A stretch of DNA of 40,307 nucleotides from a virus (Duplodnaviria > Caudoviricetes): the IMG/VR virus record IMGVR_UViG_3300032233_001004, positions 1 through 40,307 of that record; one strand, 5' to 3'. Positions 32,806-40,307 of the stretch are shown here, in pieces; the stretch's first letter is position 1; each line of letters starts with the position of its first letter. Below the pieces are notes generated by a model, which did not search any database, was not told where the DNA came from, and saw only the letters and a list, made by a program, of their open reading frames with translations. A program made the translations under genes and the position numbers.

Positions 32806-35649
32806 TTAAAAGCCAAAAATCATCGCCATTGCAATAGATTTACCAGTTGTAATTCCACTTCCACCACCCGTAGACGCAATTGTAATTGCTCCACTTGTAT
32901 TTGTAATGGTAATGTTGGAGCCTGCTGTCAGCGTGGTGCGAGTAAACCCTGTTCCATTACCGATGTCAATTTCTCCATTAGCTGGAGTTGCAGTTAATCC
33001 TGTTCCACCATTGGCAACAGGCAGGGCAGTTCCCGAATACGAAATTGCCAAAGTTCCCGCAGTAGTAATGGGACTACCGCTGATTGACAAAAATGATGGC
33101 ACTGTTGCCGCAACGCTTGTAACTGTTCCAAGTCCAGCCGCAGAAGCCCATGCAAAGCCTGTTCCGGTATATTGCAAATATGTGCTGCCAATAGTAGGAG
33201 CAGTAATAAACGATGTCGTGCCTGAGCCTGTGTTGTACGGAATTTGAAGATTTGTACCACCAGCAATGTTGGTAGCAGTTGTTGCCGTTGTAGCAGAAGC
33301 GGCACTTCCGGTGGTGTTCTGATTAAGAGTTGGAACATCAGCAGCCTGGATGGTGGACATCACCACGTTTGTGCCATTGCCACGCAAATACGAGCCACTA
33401 GTCACTGCTCCAGCAAAAGCGTTCATAGCTGCTTGTGCTGTAGTGGCTCCAGAACCGCCATTTGCAATTGGCAAAGCTGTTCCGGAATAGCTGATAGCCA
33501 ACGTACCGGATGTTGTAATGGGGCTTCCTGATACCGACAAAAATGACGGAACAGAAGCCGCAACGCTAGTGACCGTGCCAGTGCCATATCCAGACGGATT
33601 AGACGCAGGATAAGCGCCTAAGTTTGTAAGGGCCGCAGAAGCCGTTGTAGCGCCCGTTCCACCGTTTGCTATGGCTACTGTGCCGGTGACGTTAGAAGCC
33701 GTTCCTGTGGTGTTTTGGTTCCATGTAGGCACAACTCCCGACAATTGAGAGTACGGCAAGCTTAAACTGCTCAACGTGGTCAACGTACTATTGCTTGTCG
33801 CTGTAATGTTTGCAGCAGTTCCTGTGGTGTTCTGATTGAGCGTAGGAATGTCAGCAGCAACAATAGCCCTAAATGTCGGTACACCAGCAGTGCCATTCGG
33901 CGCAGCTAAAACGTAGTTGGCTGTCTTGGATGCATATGGATTTTGAGTGTCACCATAACTAGCAGCAAGGCTGATAGCAGGGGTTGCACCGCCGCTAGAC
34001 ACAACAGGAGATGTACCAGTTACAGAGGTAACAGTCCCAGCAGAAGCCGCAGTCCAAGACGCTGTTGTGCCATTAGATGTTAAAACATAACCATTAGTAC
34101 CAATAGCCAAACGAGTTGCGCTGTTTGTACCATTGCCAATAATTAAATCGCCCGTACTAGTAATAGGCGACAAAGCATTAAATCCAGCGGTAGCAGTAGT
34201 TTGACCAGTGCCGCCTCTATTAATGGCAACGGCAACACCATTCCATGTGGCTGAAGTTATAGAACCGGGGTAATCCAACGTATTGGTAGACCAAGACACA
34301 TTAGAAGGTGCAAGGTTATGCACATCCCATGATCCAGCAGCAATTGAATTGCTTAACAAGCTTACATCAACCAAACCGCCTGATTGAATGGTGGTAATGG
34401 TAGTGCCTGAATTATTTTTAACAACAATGGTTCCGCTGCTTTGATTATTGTTAAAAGTGTAATTTACGCCATTTGCCAAAGTGGTGGCATCAGGCAATTG
34501 ATATGTTTGCCCACCTGAACCAGTAACTACATAATTAGGTACAGAAGCAACAGTCAGCGTTGTGGTTGTGCCAGCAGCAGCAACATTGGAATATCCTTCG
34601 CTGATAGAGTTGACGCTAATGTTTACACTAGCATCACGCAAAACAACACTATTGGCCCCGGAAGAAGCAGTTACTCCAGTGCCGCCATTAGCCACCGGCA
34701 AAGCAGTGCCTGAATAGCTAATTGCCAATGTCCCACTTGTTGTAATGGGAGAACCAGCTACCGATAAAAAGCTAGGTACAGTTGCTGCAACGCTTGTGAC
34801 AGAACCAGAACCTTTGCTGTTGAATGTAGACCAATCAGTAGAGGTCAAATAACCGTTTACAGATGCAGTAGCTGCTGCCATGCTGATAGCAGGGGTTGTG
34901 CCGCCAGACGATACAACAGGAGCAGTACCTGTAACCGATGTCACAGTGCCTTGTGGGTTGGCAGCAGTTGTAATGCTGGTTACGCGCCCGTAGGTATCAA
35001 TGGTGACTACCGGAACAAGCGTTGCAGAGCCTGTGGTTCCAGGTGTCGCCACACCGCTTGCCAAATCAATAACAGGTGTAGCGCCGCCCGTGCTAGTTAC
35101 ACGGCCTGTAGTGCCTGAAACAGAAGTGACAGTACCCGACCCCTTGCTGTTAAAGGTAGTCCAATCTGCTGCACTCAATGCGCCGCGATTAGTAGCGGAT
35201 GCTGTAGGCAAATTCAGCGTAATGACCGGGGCAATTGTTGGGTTGGATACAGTAGAGGAAACATCTGTTCCCGCAGTTGTAAGCGTCAATGCAGCTACGC
35301 TTGTAACGGTTCCAGTACCGGCAGGGTTAGCAAAAATGCCTGGGGTTGACCAAGTAAGAGTTGCCGTTGATTTGGAATTGACCAAAGCAATGGAAATCCA
35401 TACCTTGCCTGTTGGGACTTGTGGTGGATTGTTAGTCCAGCCAGCTGGTGGCGTACCCGTATTGGTTACAAAACTCCAAGAGCCGCCCGTAGGGGTAGCA
35501 GGAGTAGAAACCGAATCAAGAAAAATTAGGTATTCAAAATAGCTGCCACCAAATACGGTGTTATTACCGTACAGACCTACAGATTCGGAACCTGACTGAG
35601 GAGCAACTGTTCCGGTAGAGGTGCTGCCATAAAGACCACTTGTAGCCAT
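32806..35649 (-). CDS. Long tail fibre with modular repeats
   Basis: 947 aa T/S/G/A-rich with GTVTSV, ANGGTG and NQNTTG repeats, ending KSIAMAMIFG. Confidence 0.85.
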   Translation of the reverse strand: MATSGLYGSTSTGTVAPQSGSESVGLYGNNTVFGGSYFEYLIFLDSVSTPATPTGGSWSFVTNTGTPPAGWTNNPPQVPTGKVWISIALVNSKSTATLTWSTPGIFANPAGTGTVTSVAALTLTTAGTDVSSTVSNPTIAPVITLNLPTASATNRGALSAADWTTFNSKGSGTVTSVSGTTGRVTSTGGATPVIDLASGVATPGTTGSATLVPVVTIDTYGRVTSITTAANPQGTVTSVTGTAPVVSSGGTTPAISMAAATASVNGYLTSTDWSTFNSKGSGSVTSVAATVPSFLSVAGSPITTSGTLAISYSGTALPVANGGTGVTASSGANSVVLRDASVNISVNSISEGYSNVAAAGTTTTLTVASVPNYVVTGSGGQTYQLPDATTLANGVNYTFNNNQSSGTIVVKNNSGTTITTIQSGGLVDVSLLSNSIAAGSWDVHNLAPSNVSWSTNTLDYPGSITSATWNGVAVAINRGGTGQTTATAGFNALSPITSTGDLIIGNGTNSATRLAIGTNGYVLTSNGTTASWTAASAGTVTSVTGTSPVVSSGGATPAISLAASYGDTQNPYASKTANYVLAAPNGTAGVPTFRAIVAADIPTLNQNTTGTAANITATSNSTLTTLSSLSLPYSQLSGVVPTWNQNTTGTASNVTGTVAIANGGTGATTASAALTNLGAYPASNPSGYGTGTVTSVAASVPSFLSVSGSPITTSGTLAISYSGTALPIANGGSGATTAQAAMNAFAGAVTSGSYLRGNGTNVVMSTIQAADVPTLNQNTTGSAASATTATTATNIAGGTNLQIPYNTGSGTTSFITAPTIGSTYLQYTGTGFAWASAAGLGTVTSVAATVPSFLSISGSPITTAGTLAISYSGTALPVANGGTGLTATPANGEIDIGNGTGFTRTTLTAGSNITITNTSGAITIASTGGGSGITTGKSIAMAMIFGF

Positions 35650-35657
35650 GTGCGCCC

Positions 35658-36629
35658 CTATTTAAACGAATAGCGATAACTGCGGGGTTGGAATTCTGAA
35701 GTAAGGTGCTGATCCCCACCTTTCCATTTTCCACGAAAGTTTTGGTCTTCAATCAAACCGTAGGCAGTATCAAAACGGGAAATCCATTTTTGGGATTCAT
35801 CAACATTTTTGTTTTTATCGTAATAAGCCCACAAAGTGCCGTACAGATAGCCTTCAGGGAAAGAAGACAAAACCGCATTGTTTTGCACAATTGGGTTTAG
35901 CGCATCAGTAGTTGGGCTAAACAAAAATGGGAATGTTTGCTGGTAATACGCTTTGATGATGACGTTTTCACCAGGGTTAGGCGTAAACACATAGTTAGGC
36001 CCAACTTCAGAGAAAGAAGCTCGAATAACCCGTGGAACACCAAATGGGCGAATGTACAACTGGTCAATCATCCTACGGCGAATGATTTCTCTGTCACCAA
36101 CACGGTCATACACAATCCACGGGCCTACATTAGTAGAGCCTCCACTAGGCTGTGATTCTTGAAAAAACAAAATAGGCATGTTCATATCCGATGGGATAGG
36201 AGCCATGCCCTGGGCATTGGTAGTCAAGATAGAAGGAGTAGCCGAATATGGGTCTGTACGCAATGACGGCAATTCAATAGTCCGCATTTTTAGTTCTGCC
36301 ATTTGAATGCAGGACATGATTTCTACAGACGATTGCGTAGGTACTTTGAGGATGGCGGTAGGCAATGTAGCACCTGACCACATGCCATCAGGATCATTGA
36401 CGGTAATGGTGGTGCTAGTAACGGCGGTTACCGCGGTGAACGGGCCGGTAACGGCAGGTCCAATAAAGTCACCCACCAAAACTGTCCCAACAGCCGTAGA
36501 AGAGGTGGTAATTGCTCCACTTACGCTGTTGTATGCGGTAGCGTTGATTGACAGTGCAGACGGTATGGCTCCAACCCATTGTGCCACCCTACTTACTAAT
36601 GCGTTGGCAGATTGAATAAAGAGAGCCAT
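35658..36629 (-). CDS. Head-tail adaptor protein
   Basis: IQMAE...R, G-x-P-R, F-x-P-x-P and P-x-x-YLYGTL motifs of podovirus adaptors. Confidence 0.7.
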   Translation of the reverse strand: MALFIQSANALVSRVAQWVGAIPSALSINATAYNSVSGAITTSSTAVGTVLVGDFIGPAVTGPFTAVTAVTSTTITVNDPDGMWSGATLPTAILKVPTQSSVEIMSCIQMAELKMRTIELPSLRTDPYSATPSILTTNAQGMAPIPSDMNMPILFFQESQPSGGSTNVGPWIVYDRVGDREIIRRRMIDQLYIRPFGVPRVIRASFSEVGPNYVFTPNPGENVIIKAYYQQTFPFLFSPTTDALNPIVQNNAVLSSFPEGYLYGTLWAYYDKNKNVDESQKWISRFDTAYGLIEDQNFRGKWKGGDQHLTSEFQPRSYRYSFK

Positions 36630-36637
36630 GTTGTTCC

Positions 36638-37147
36638 TTACTTAGTCGGAATAATTGGATTATACGGCAAGGGTATTTTGCCGGTTGGGTGAACTACAAA
36701 ATCCGAATAGTATTCATTGACTATTGCATAGAACAAAATCTTGTCCTGCTTTTCTTTTTTAATCAGCTCCCAAGGACGGTTATTAAACCACTTGGAACTG
36801 ATTTCATGGGCAAAGCATTTTGGCAATTCCATCATGTGGGCAGTACCGGCAAAGAATGGGTTATCAGTCCCATGTTCTTTGTAGAAAGCTCGCATTTCTT
36901 TACAACGCTCCCGAATGGATTCTACGTTCTTTTGATCGTATTGGACATAACGCTGCCCGTTAATAGCACCAACTTTGTAGTCAATGTTGGGCGTATTAAA
37001 AGTTTGCGACCAAGTGCCTGATTTAACTTCTTGGAACAATTTGTCATTGTGGCGAAACACCCCATCAATGCCAGCCTCAAGAATACCTTTTGTATAGTAT
37101 TCCTCGTTAACTTTTACATCATCATTATCATTCATATTTAATGCCAT
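36638..37147 (-). CDS. Hypothetical protein downstream of capsid genes
   Basis: 169 aa, AAGGAG RBS. Confidence 0.7.
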   Translation of the reverse strand: MALNMNDNDDVKVNEEYYTKGILEAGIDGVFRHNDKLFQEVKSGTWSQTFNTPNIDYKVGAINGQRYVQYDQKNVESIRERCKEMRAFYKEHGTDNPFFAGTAHMMELPKCFAHEISSKWFNNRPWELIKKEKQDKILFYAIVNEYYSDFVVHPTGKIPLPYNPIIPTK

Positions 37148-37161
37148 ATGGACTCCTTACC

Positions 37162-37186
37162 AAAAGGGCCTTTTACAAAGCCCTTT
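37162..37186 (-). terminator. Probable Rho-independent terminator
   Basis: Minus strand AAAGGGCTTT-GTAA-AAGGCCCTTTT. Confidence 0.65.
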
Positions 37187-37205
37187 CAGTAACTTAGTCA
37201 ATAAG

Positions 37206-38012
37206 TTAGTCTTTAGGATTCAAAGTGATAGTGAAGCCTTCCAGCACGATGTGGTCAGTTGCAGTAGCAGTATCACCAGTAATGGTAATTGCAACAGCAG
37301 CAGAACTATCAATTGCCGTGTAGACATGAGCACTAGCTGCTGCTCCACCAATCAACTGGGTAGACTGCACACCCAATGCACCACGATTACGGATGGAGTT
37401 CATAGAACTGCCACCAGTAGAAGTAGTGTAGGACGATGCAGTACCAATTGCACTGCCGCCAAAGTACACAGTACCTGTTTTAGCACCAGCCGAGTTGTTG
37501 CAAGACCAGTTAGCGGTAACAACGACTTGACCGTTATTGCCCATAGCTCCAGCAGGAAGCGATACGTTAATCAAAGTAGTTTCAGTGGTAGAACCAGTGA
37601 AAGAACTATTAGAACCCGTAACAGCAGTCAAAGTGCCAGTTGGAACAACAGGAGTGAACGCAACAGCGCCTACACCGTTAGCAACGCCATATTTACCAGC
37701 ATAAACCACACCTACAGTAGTGCTAGAAAACACCACATAGTAGATGCCGCCAGTTGAGTCGCCCGACACAGCAGAAGCTGGGAAGTAGACAAAAGCATTA
37801 GCGTAGGTTGTGGGCAAAGCAGTACCCAAAGTCACAGTGCCGCTAGTGGCAATAGTGCCAGTGTTAGCAACAATAACTGGAATACCCGATTCGCTCAAAG
37901 TGCGTGGGAAATATTGAACTTGACCTTGCGTTCCCAAAACGCCAGTAATGTCACCAGTAACAACATCAGACACAAAAGCAGAGTTGTATTCTTTCCAAGA
38001 GATAAAAGCCAT
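37206..38012 (-). CDS. Putative capsid decoration / head fibre protein
   Basis: T/G/S/A-rich beta protein directly after the capsid gene. Start MAFISW with AAGGA RBS. Confidence 0.6.
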   Translation of the reverse strand: MAFISWKEYNSAFVSDVVTGDITGVLGTQGQVQYFPRTLSESGIPVIVANTGTIATSGTVTLGTALPTTYANAFVYFPASAVSGDSTGGIYYVVFSSTTVGVVYAGKYGVANGVGAVAFTPVVPTGTLTAVTGSNSSFTGSTTETTLINVSLPAGAMGNNGQVVVTANWSCNNSAGAKTGTVYFGGSAIGTASSYTTSTGGSSMNSIRNRGALGVQSTQLIGGAAASAHVYTAIDSSAAVAITITGDTATATDHIVLEGFTITLNPKD

Positions 38013-38035
38013 AATTTTTTCCTTTAAAAACAATT

Positions 38036-38063
38036 AAAAAAAGGGGGGTTATTAGCCCCCCTT
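38036..38063 (-). terminator. Rho-independent terminator after capsid gene
   Basis: Minus strand AAGGGGGG-CTAATAA-CCCCCC followed by T7. Confidence 0.85.
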
Positions 38064-38067
38064 GGGA

Positions 38068-39225
38068 TTACGTCAAGTAGCGTTGGCACTGGGTAGAGGT
38101 ACGGGGAGCCGTAACAGTAGCACCAGTTGGGCTAATTGCAGCAAGCACAGCCACACCTGCGGGGTTACGCACAATCAGCGTACCTTCCATGATGTACTGA
38201 TCCAACGATGCGTCAGCAGAACTGAACACTTCGTTATTTGGACCCAGTTCACGCAAGGAACCCCACTGGATAACGTCAGGGTTCAAGAACAGAGCGGAGG
38301 TGTTGTCAGCGCCGGTCTGGTCCATAACCCAAGAGTCATCGATCTGGTAGGTGTAGTTGAAGTCACCTTCGTAAGTACCAATCGTATCACCCTTGTCAGC
38401 AGGGTTAAAACGGTTGATAGAACGGCTGGTAGGCATCATGTCCGAGATGTGAGTACGCATGGAAGTGGGAACAACCATGTTAGTAATCTTGGCATTGAAG
38501 CGCTGTTCAGCGGTGGTTACCAATTGCTTGTACAAGTACGGGCTGAATTGCTGAAGGGTAACGCCACTTGAAAAAGTGAAGTAGCCCAGACCAGCGTTAG
38601 ACAGCAAGCCATTGAACGGTTGGTTGGTGTTGGTTGCGGAAGTAACATCATTACCGTCAGAGGTAGCAATGTTCAACACAGAAGTGCCATCAGTATCATT
38701 ACCAGAACGAGTTCCAGCAAAAGAATACAACGAACCCAAACGGCGACCATTGTTAGGGCTAGAACCCTGGGTTGCAGCTTGACCGCTGTATTTGATAGAA
38801 GCACCATCAGCACGAACCAATTGCAGTTCCACATCAAACATGATCTCGGTCAATTGCTTGACTTCTTGATACGCTTGGGGATCTCCACCAGCTTGTTCCA
38901 CAGCGCGAGCAGTGCCAGTAGCACCAATCACGGTAGTAAAAATCTGGGTGTAGTTGCCGCAGTTAGCACGGGTGTTGTTAGCAGCATCAGATGCGGCTAC
39001 AGCAGCGCCTTCCAGCTTTGCATTCAAAGCGGGAACACGGTAGTAGTCAACAGGCCAGATGTGCAGAGTCGAATTGACTTTGCGCTTCTTGCTCATTGCC
39101 ATGTTGGTTAGAGGGGTACGGTCTTTAACATAGTTAGAGACAGTCATATCGAGGTCTTTGACCACGATGTCGGTGGTATACGAACCGTTACCGTTGCCAA
39201 GGTTGGCACTAGTGATAGTAGACAT
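38068..39225 (-). CDS. Major capsid protein (DUF5309 / SU10-like HK97 fold)
   Basis: TP...H-x-W-x-x-D, EG, NYTQIF, AYQ...DVE and EGTLIVRNP motifs, strong RBS, terminator downstream. Confidence 0.9.
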   Translation of the reverse strand: MSTITSANLGNGNGSYTTDIVVKDLDMTVSNYVKDRTPLTNMAMSKKRKVNSTLHIWPVDYYRVPALNAKLEGAAVAASDAANNTRANCGNYTQIFTTVIGATGTARAVEQAGGDPQAYQEVKQLTEIMFDVELQLVRADGASIKYSGQAATQGSSPNNGRRLGSLYSFAGTRSGNDTDGTSVLNIATSDGNDVTSATNTNQPFNGLLSNAGLGYFTFSSGVTLQQFSPYLYKQLVTTAEQRFNAKITNMVVPTSMRTHISDMMPTSRSINRFNPADKGDTIGTYEGDFNYTYQIDDSWVMDQTGADNTSALFLNPDVIQWGSLRELGPNNEVFSSADASLDQYIMEGTLIVRNPAGVAVLAAISPTGATVTAPRTSTQCQRYLT

Positions 39226-39238
39226 AAAAAACTCCTAA

Positions 39239-40307
39239 TTAACGCCGCCGCTGTTTGTTTGCGGCTAGCATGGTTGCCAAAAGGTCACGCGCTGCGCCCT
39301 TATCGCCTGTCTTTGCCTTACTTTGAAGCTTTTCCATCTCATTCTCGGGCGCGGTTTTAGATTTTGCTACTGGCCTATTGGCTGCTGCCAATGAACCACC
39401 AGCGTTTTTAATCTTTGGACCTTCACGGAACTTCATACCATCCCGCAACAGTCCCAACAGGTATTCATCACTAGATACCAAATCAATGTTTGGTACACCA
39501 GGGACAAACGACTGACTTGCCGCCTTCCATTCTTTACTAATCTTATCTCTAAGTTCAGTAAACAACGCCTTATTGCTTAACTCTTTATCAGTAAAGGATT
39601 GTCGTGCTTGTTCCAAGGTTTCTTGGACACGGGCTTTCCGATGCTCATAAAAGCGTTCAACATTAGGCCGATTCGTTTGGATGAATTGCGACTTTTCCTG
39701 AATCAGTTGTGCGTTTTGGCGTATTGCAGCTTCAGCGCGACTACGTTCAGCAGGATCAGTAGCACTTTGATGGATTTGTTCCCATTGCTGGTTATATTGC
39801 TGGAGGGTTACCAGTTCGTCTGCTGCTGTTTGCAGTTGAGGAACAATAGTTAACTCAAGCCCTATTTGCAGTCCATCAATTTCATTTCTACGTTTCGATT
39901 CAAACTCTTCAAACTCGGCTCGGTCAGCTTTAAGCTTGCGAGCATTCTCATGGATAGCACTGCCTTGACCCAGAATTGAAGCCGCTCTTTCTGCTGTTAG
40001 TTCAACAAATCCACCTTCGGCGTCTTTATTGGGGATACGCAGCATTAAACTCGGATTCTCTTTCGCAAACTCAAGGAAATTGACTGCTTCGTTTACCCCA
40101 TCGGGGGACTCTGCTTCACTTTCCGAATCTACGGCATCTGACTCACTCGCATTACTATCTTCAGGTTCGGCTACCTCATCAGGAGCCGCCTCGGGGGAAA
40201 CTTTCGTTTCTTGTCCCGCTGGTGGTGGCGAACTGTTATCAGGCTGCGGACTGTTACGCTTGTTAGCGGCAATCATTGCAGCGATAGCATCGGCGGGATT
40301 CGCGCTA
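39239..40307 (-). CDS. Capsid scaffolding protein (5' end supplied by 608..651)
   Basis: Acidic N-terminus, coiled coil and C-terminal AKTGD..AA helix, immediately upstream of the capsid gene. Confidence 0.8.
   Translation of the reverse strand, partial: SANPADAIAAMIAANKRNSPQPDNSSPPPAGQETKVSPEAAPDEVAEPEDSNASESDAVDSESEAESPDGVNEAVNFLEFAKENPSLMLRIPNKDAEGGFVELTAERAASILGQGSAIHENARKLKADRAEFEEFESKRRNEIDGLQIGLELTIVPQLQTAADELVTLQQYNQQWEQIHQSATDPAERSRAEAAIRQNAQLIQEKSQFIQTNRPNVERFYEHRKARVQETLEQARQSFTDKELSNKALFTELRDKISKEWKAASQSFVPGVPNIDLVSSDEYLLGLLRDGMKFREGPKIKNAGGSLAAANRPVAKSKTAPENEMEKLQSKAKTGDKGAARDLLATMLAANKQRRR
39701..40307. repeat. Terminal direct overlap, copy 2 (of 1..607)
   Basis: Same start AATCAGTTGTGCGTT and same end GGGATTCGCGCTA, no indels. 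Confidence 0.95.

Noticed and set aside
26636-35649. Diversity-generating retroelement or invertible tail-fibre cassette
   Set aside because: No reverse transcriptase, invertase, adenine-specific template/variable repeat pair or inverted fibre segments were seen
38013-38070. Frameshift or read-through fusing capsid to the decoration protein
   Set aside because: The capsid ends in TAA with no slippery site before it, a strong terminator follows, and the next gene has its own RBS
146-39853. Numerous antisense/shadow ORFs in the track (e.g. 146..679, 14488..15039, 29835..30581, 35000..35542)
   Set aside because: They lie opposite well-supported genes, lack RBS or protein-like motifs, and reflect codon bias of the real strand
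1-40307. Stop-codon reassignment, tRNA genes, introns or inteins
   Set aside because: Core genes are full length and densely packed in the standard code, no cloverleaf was noticed, and TerL, helicase and capsid are uninterrupted
1-40307. Prophage or integrative element
   Set aside because: No integrase, att-like context or host genes, and the ends overlap as a circle

Overview
The window is an essentially complete tailed dsDNA phage genome of about 39.7 kb. Positions 1-607 are a collinear but only ~92% identical copy of 39701-40307, so the contig closes inside the scaffold gene. The organisation is podovirus-like: P22-type portal, short-tail hub, ejection proteins and no tape measure. Gene families suggest a freshwater Betaproteobacteria (Burkholderiales) host, which is an inference. 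No integrase or recognisable repressor was found. There are four transcription blocks. (1) A minus-strand late operon starts at ~7.6 kb (GNAT, TerS, small basic proteins, TerL, portal), wraps through the junction into scaffold, capsid, tail, ejection and lysis genes, and ends in a metallophosphoesterase plus a hyper-acidic protein at 18.8 kb. (2) A small plus-strand cassette at 8.2-9.5 kb with a gp88-like Cys-rich protein sits between two repeat-rich non-coding regions. (3) A minus-strand replication block at 15.0-9.9 kb carries a YdaU initiator, DnaB-like helicase, Mom-like DNA modifier, nucleases and a ferritin-like protein. (4) A plus-strand block at 15.2-18.8 kb carries Sak-like, SSB and MazG genes and small ORFs. 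The best leads are a 79-aa protein with 31 D/E, 20 aromatics and no basic residue (candidate nucleic-acid mimic), and two candidate structured RNAs, one with alternative pairings and one with a loop-E motif. Also notable are a probable first-ejected cassette with an IHF site and downstream polar repeats, a GNAT next to Lys-rich proteins in the packaging cluster, and a Mom/ferritin-like pairing. All family calls come from motif recognition by eye, and counts were done by hand.
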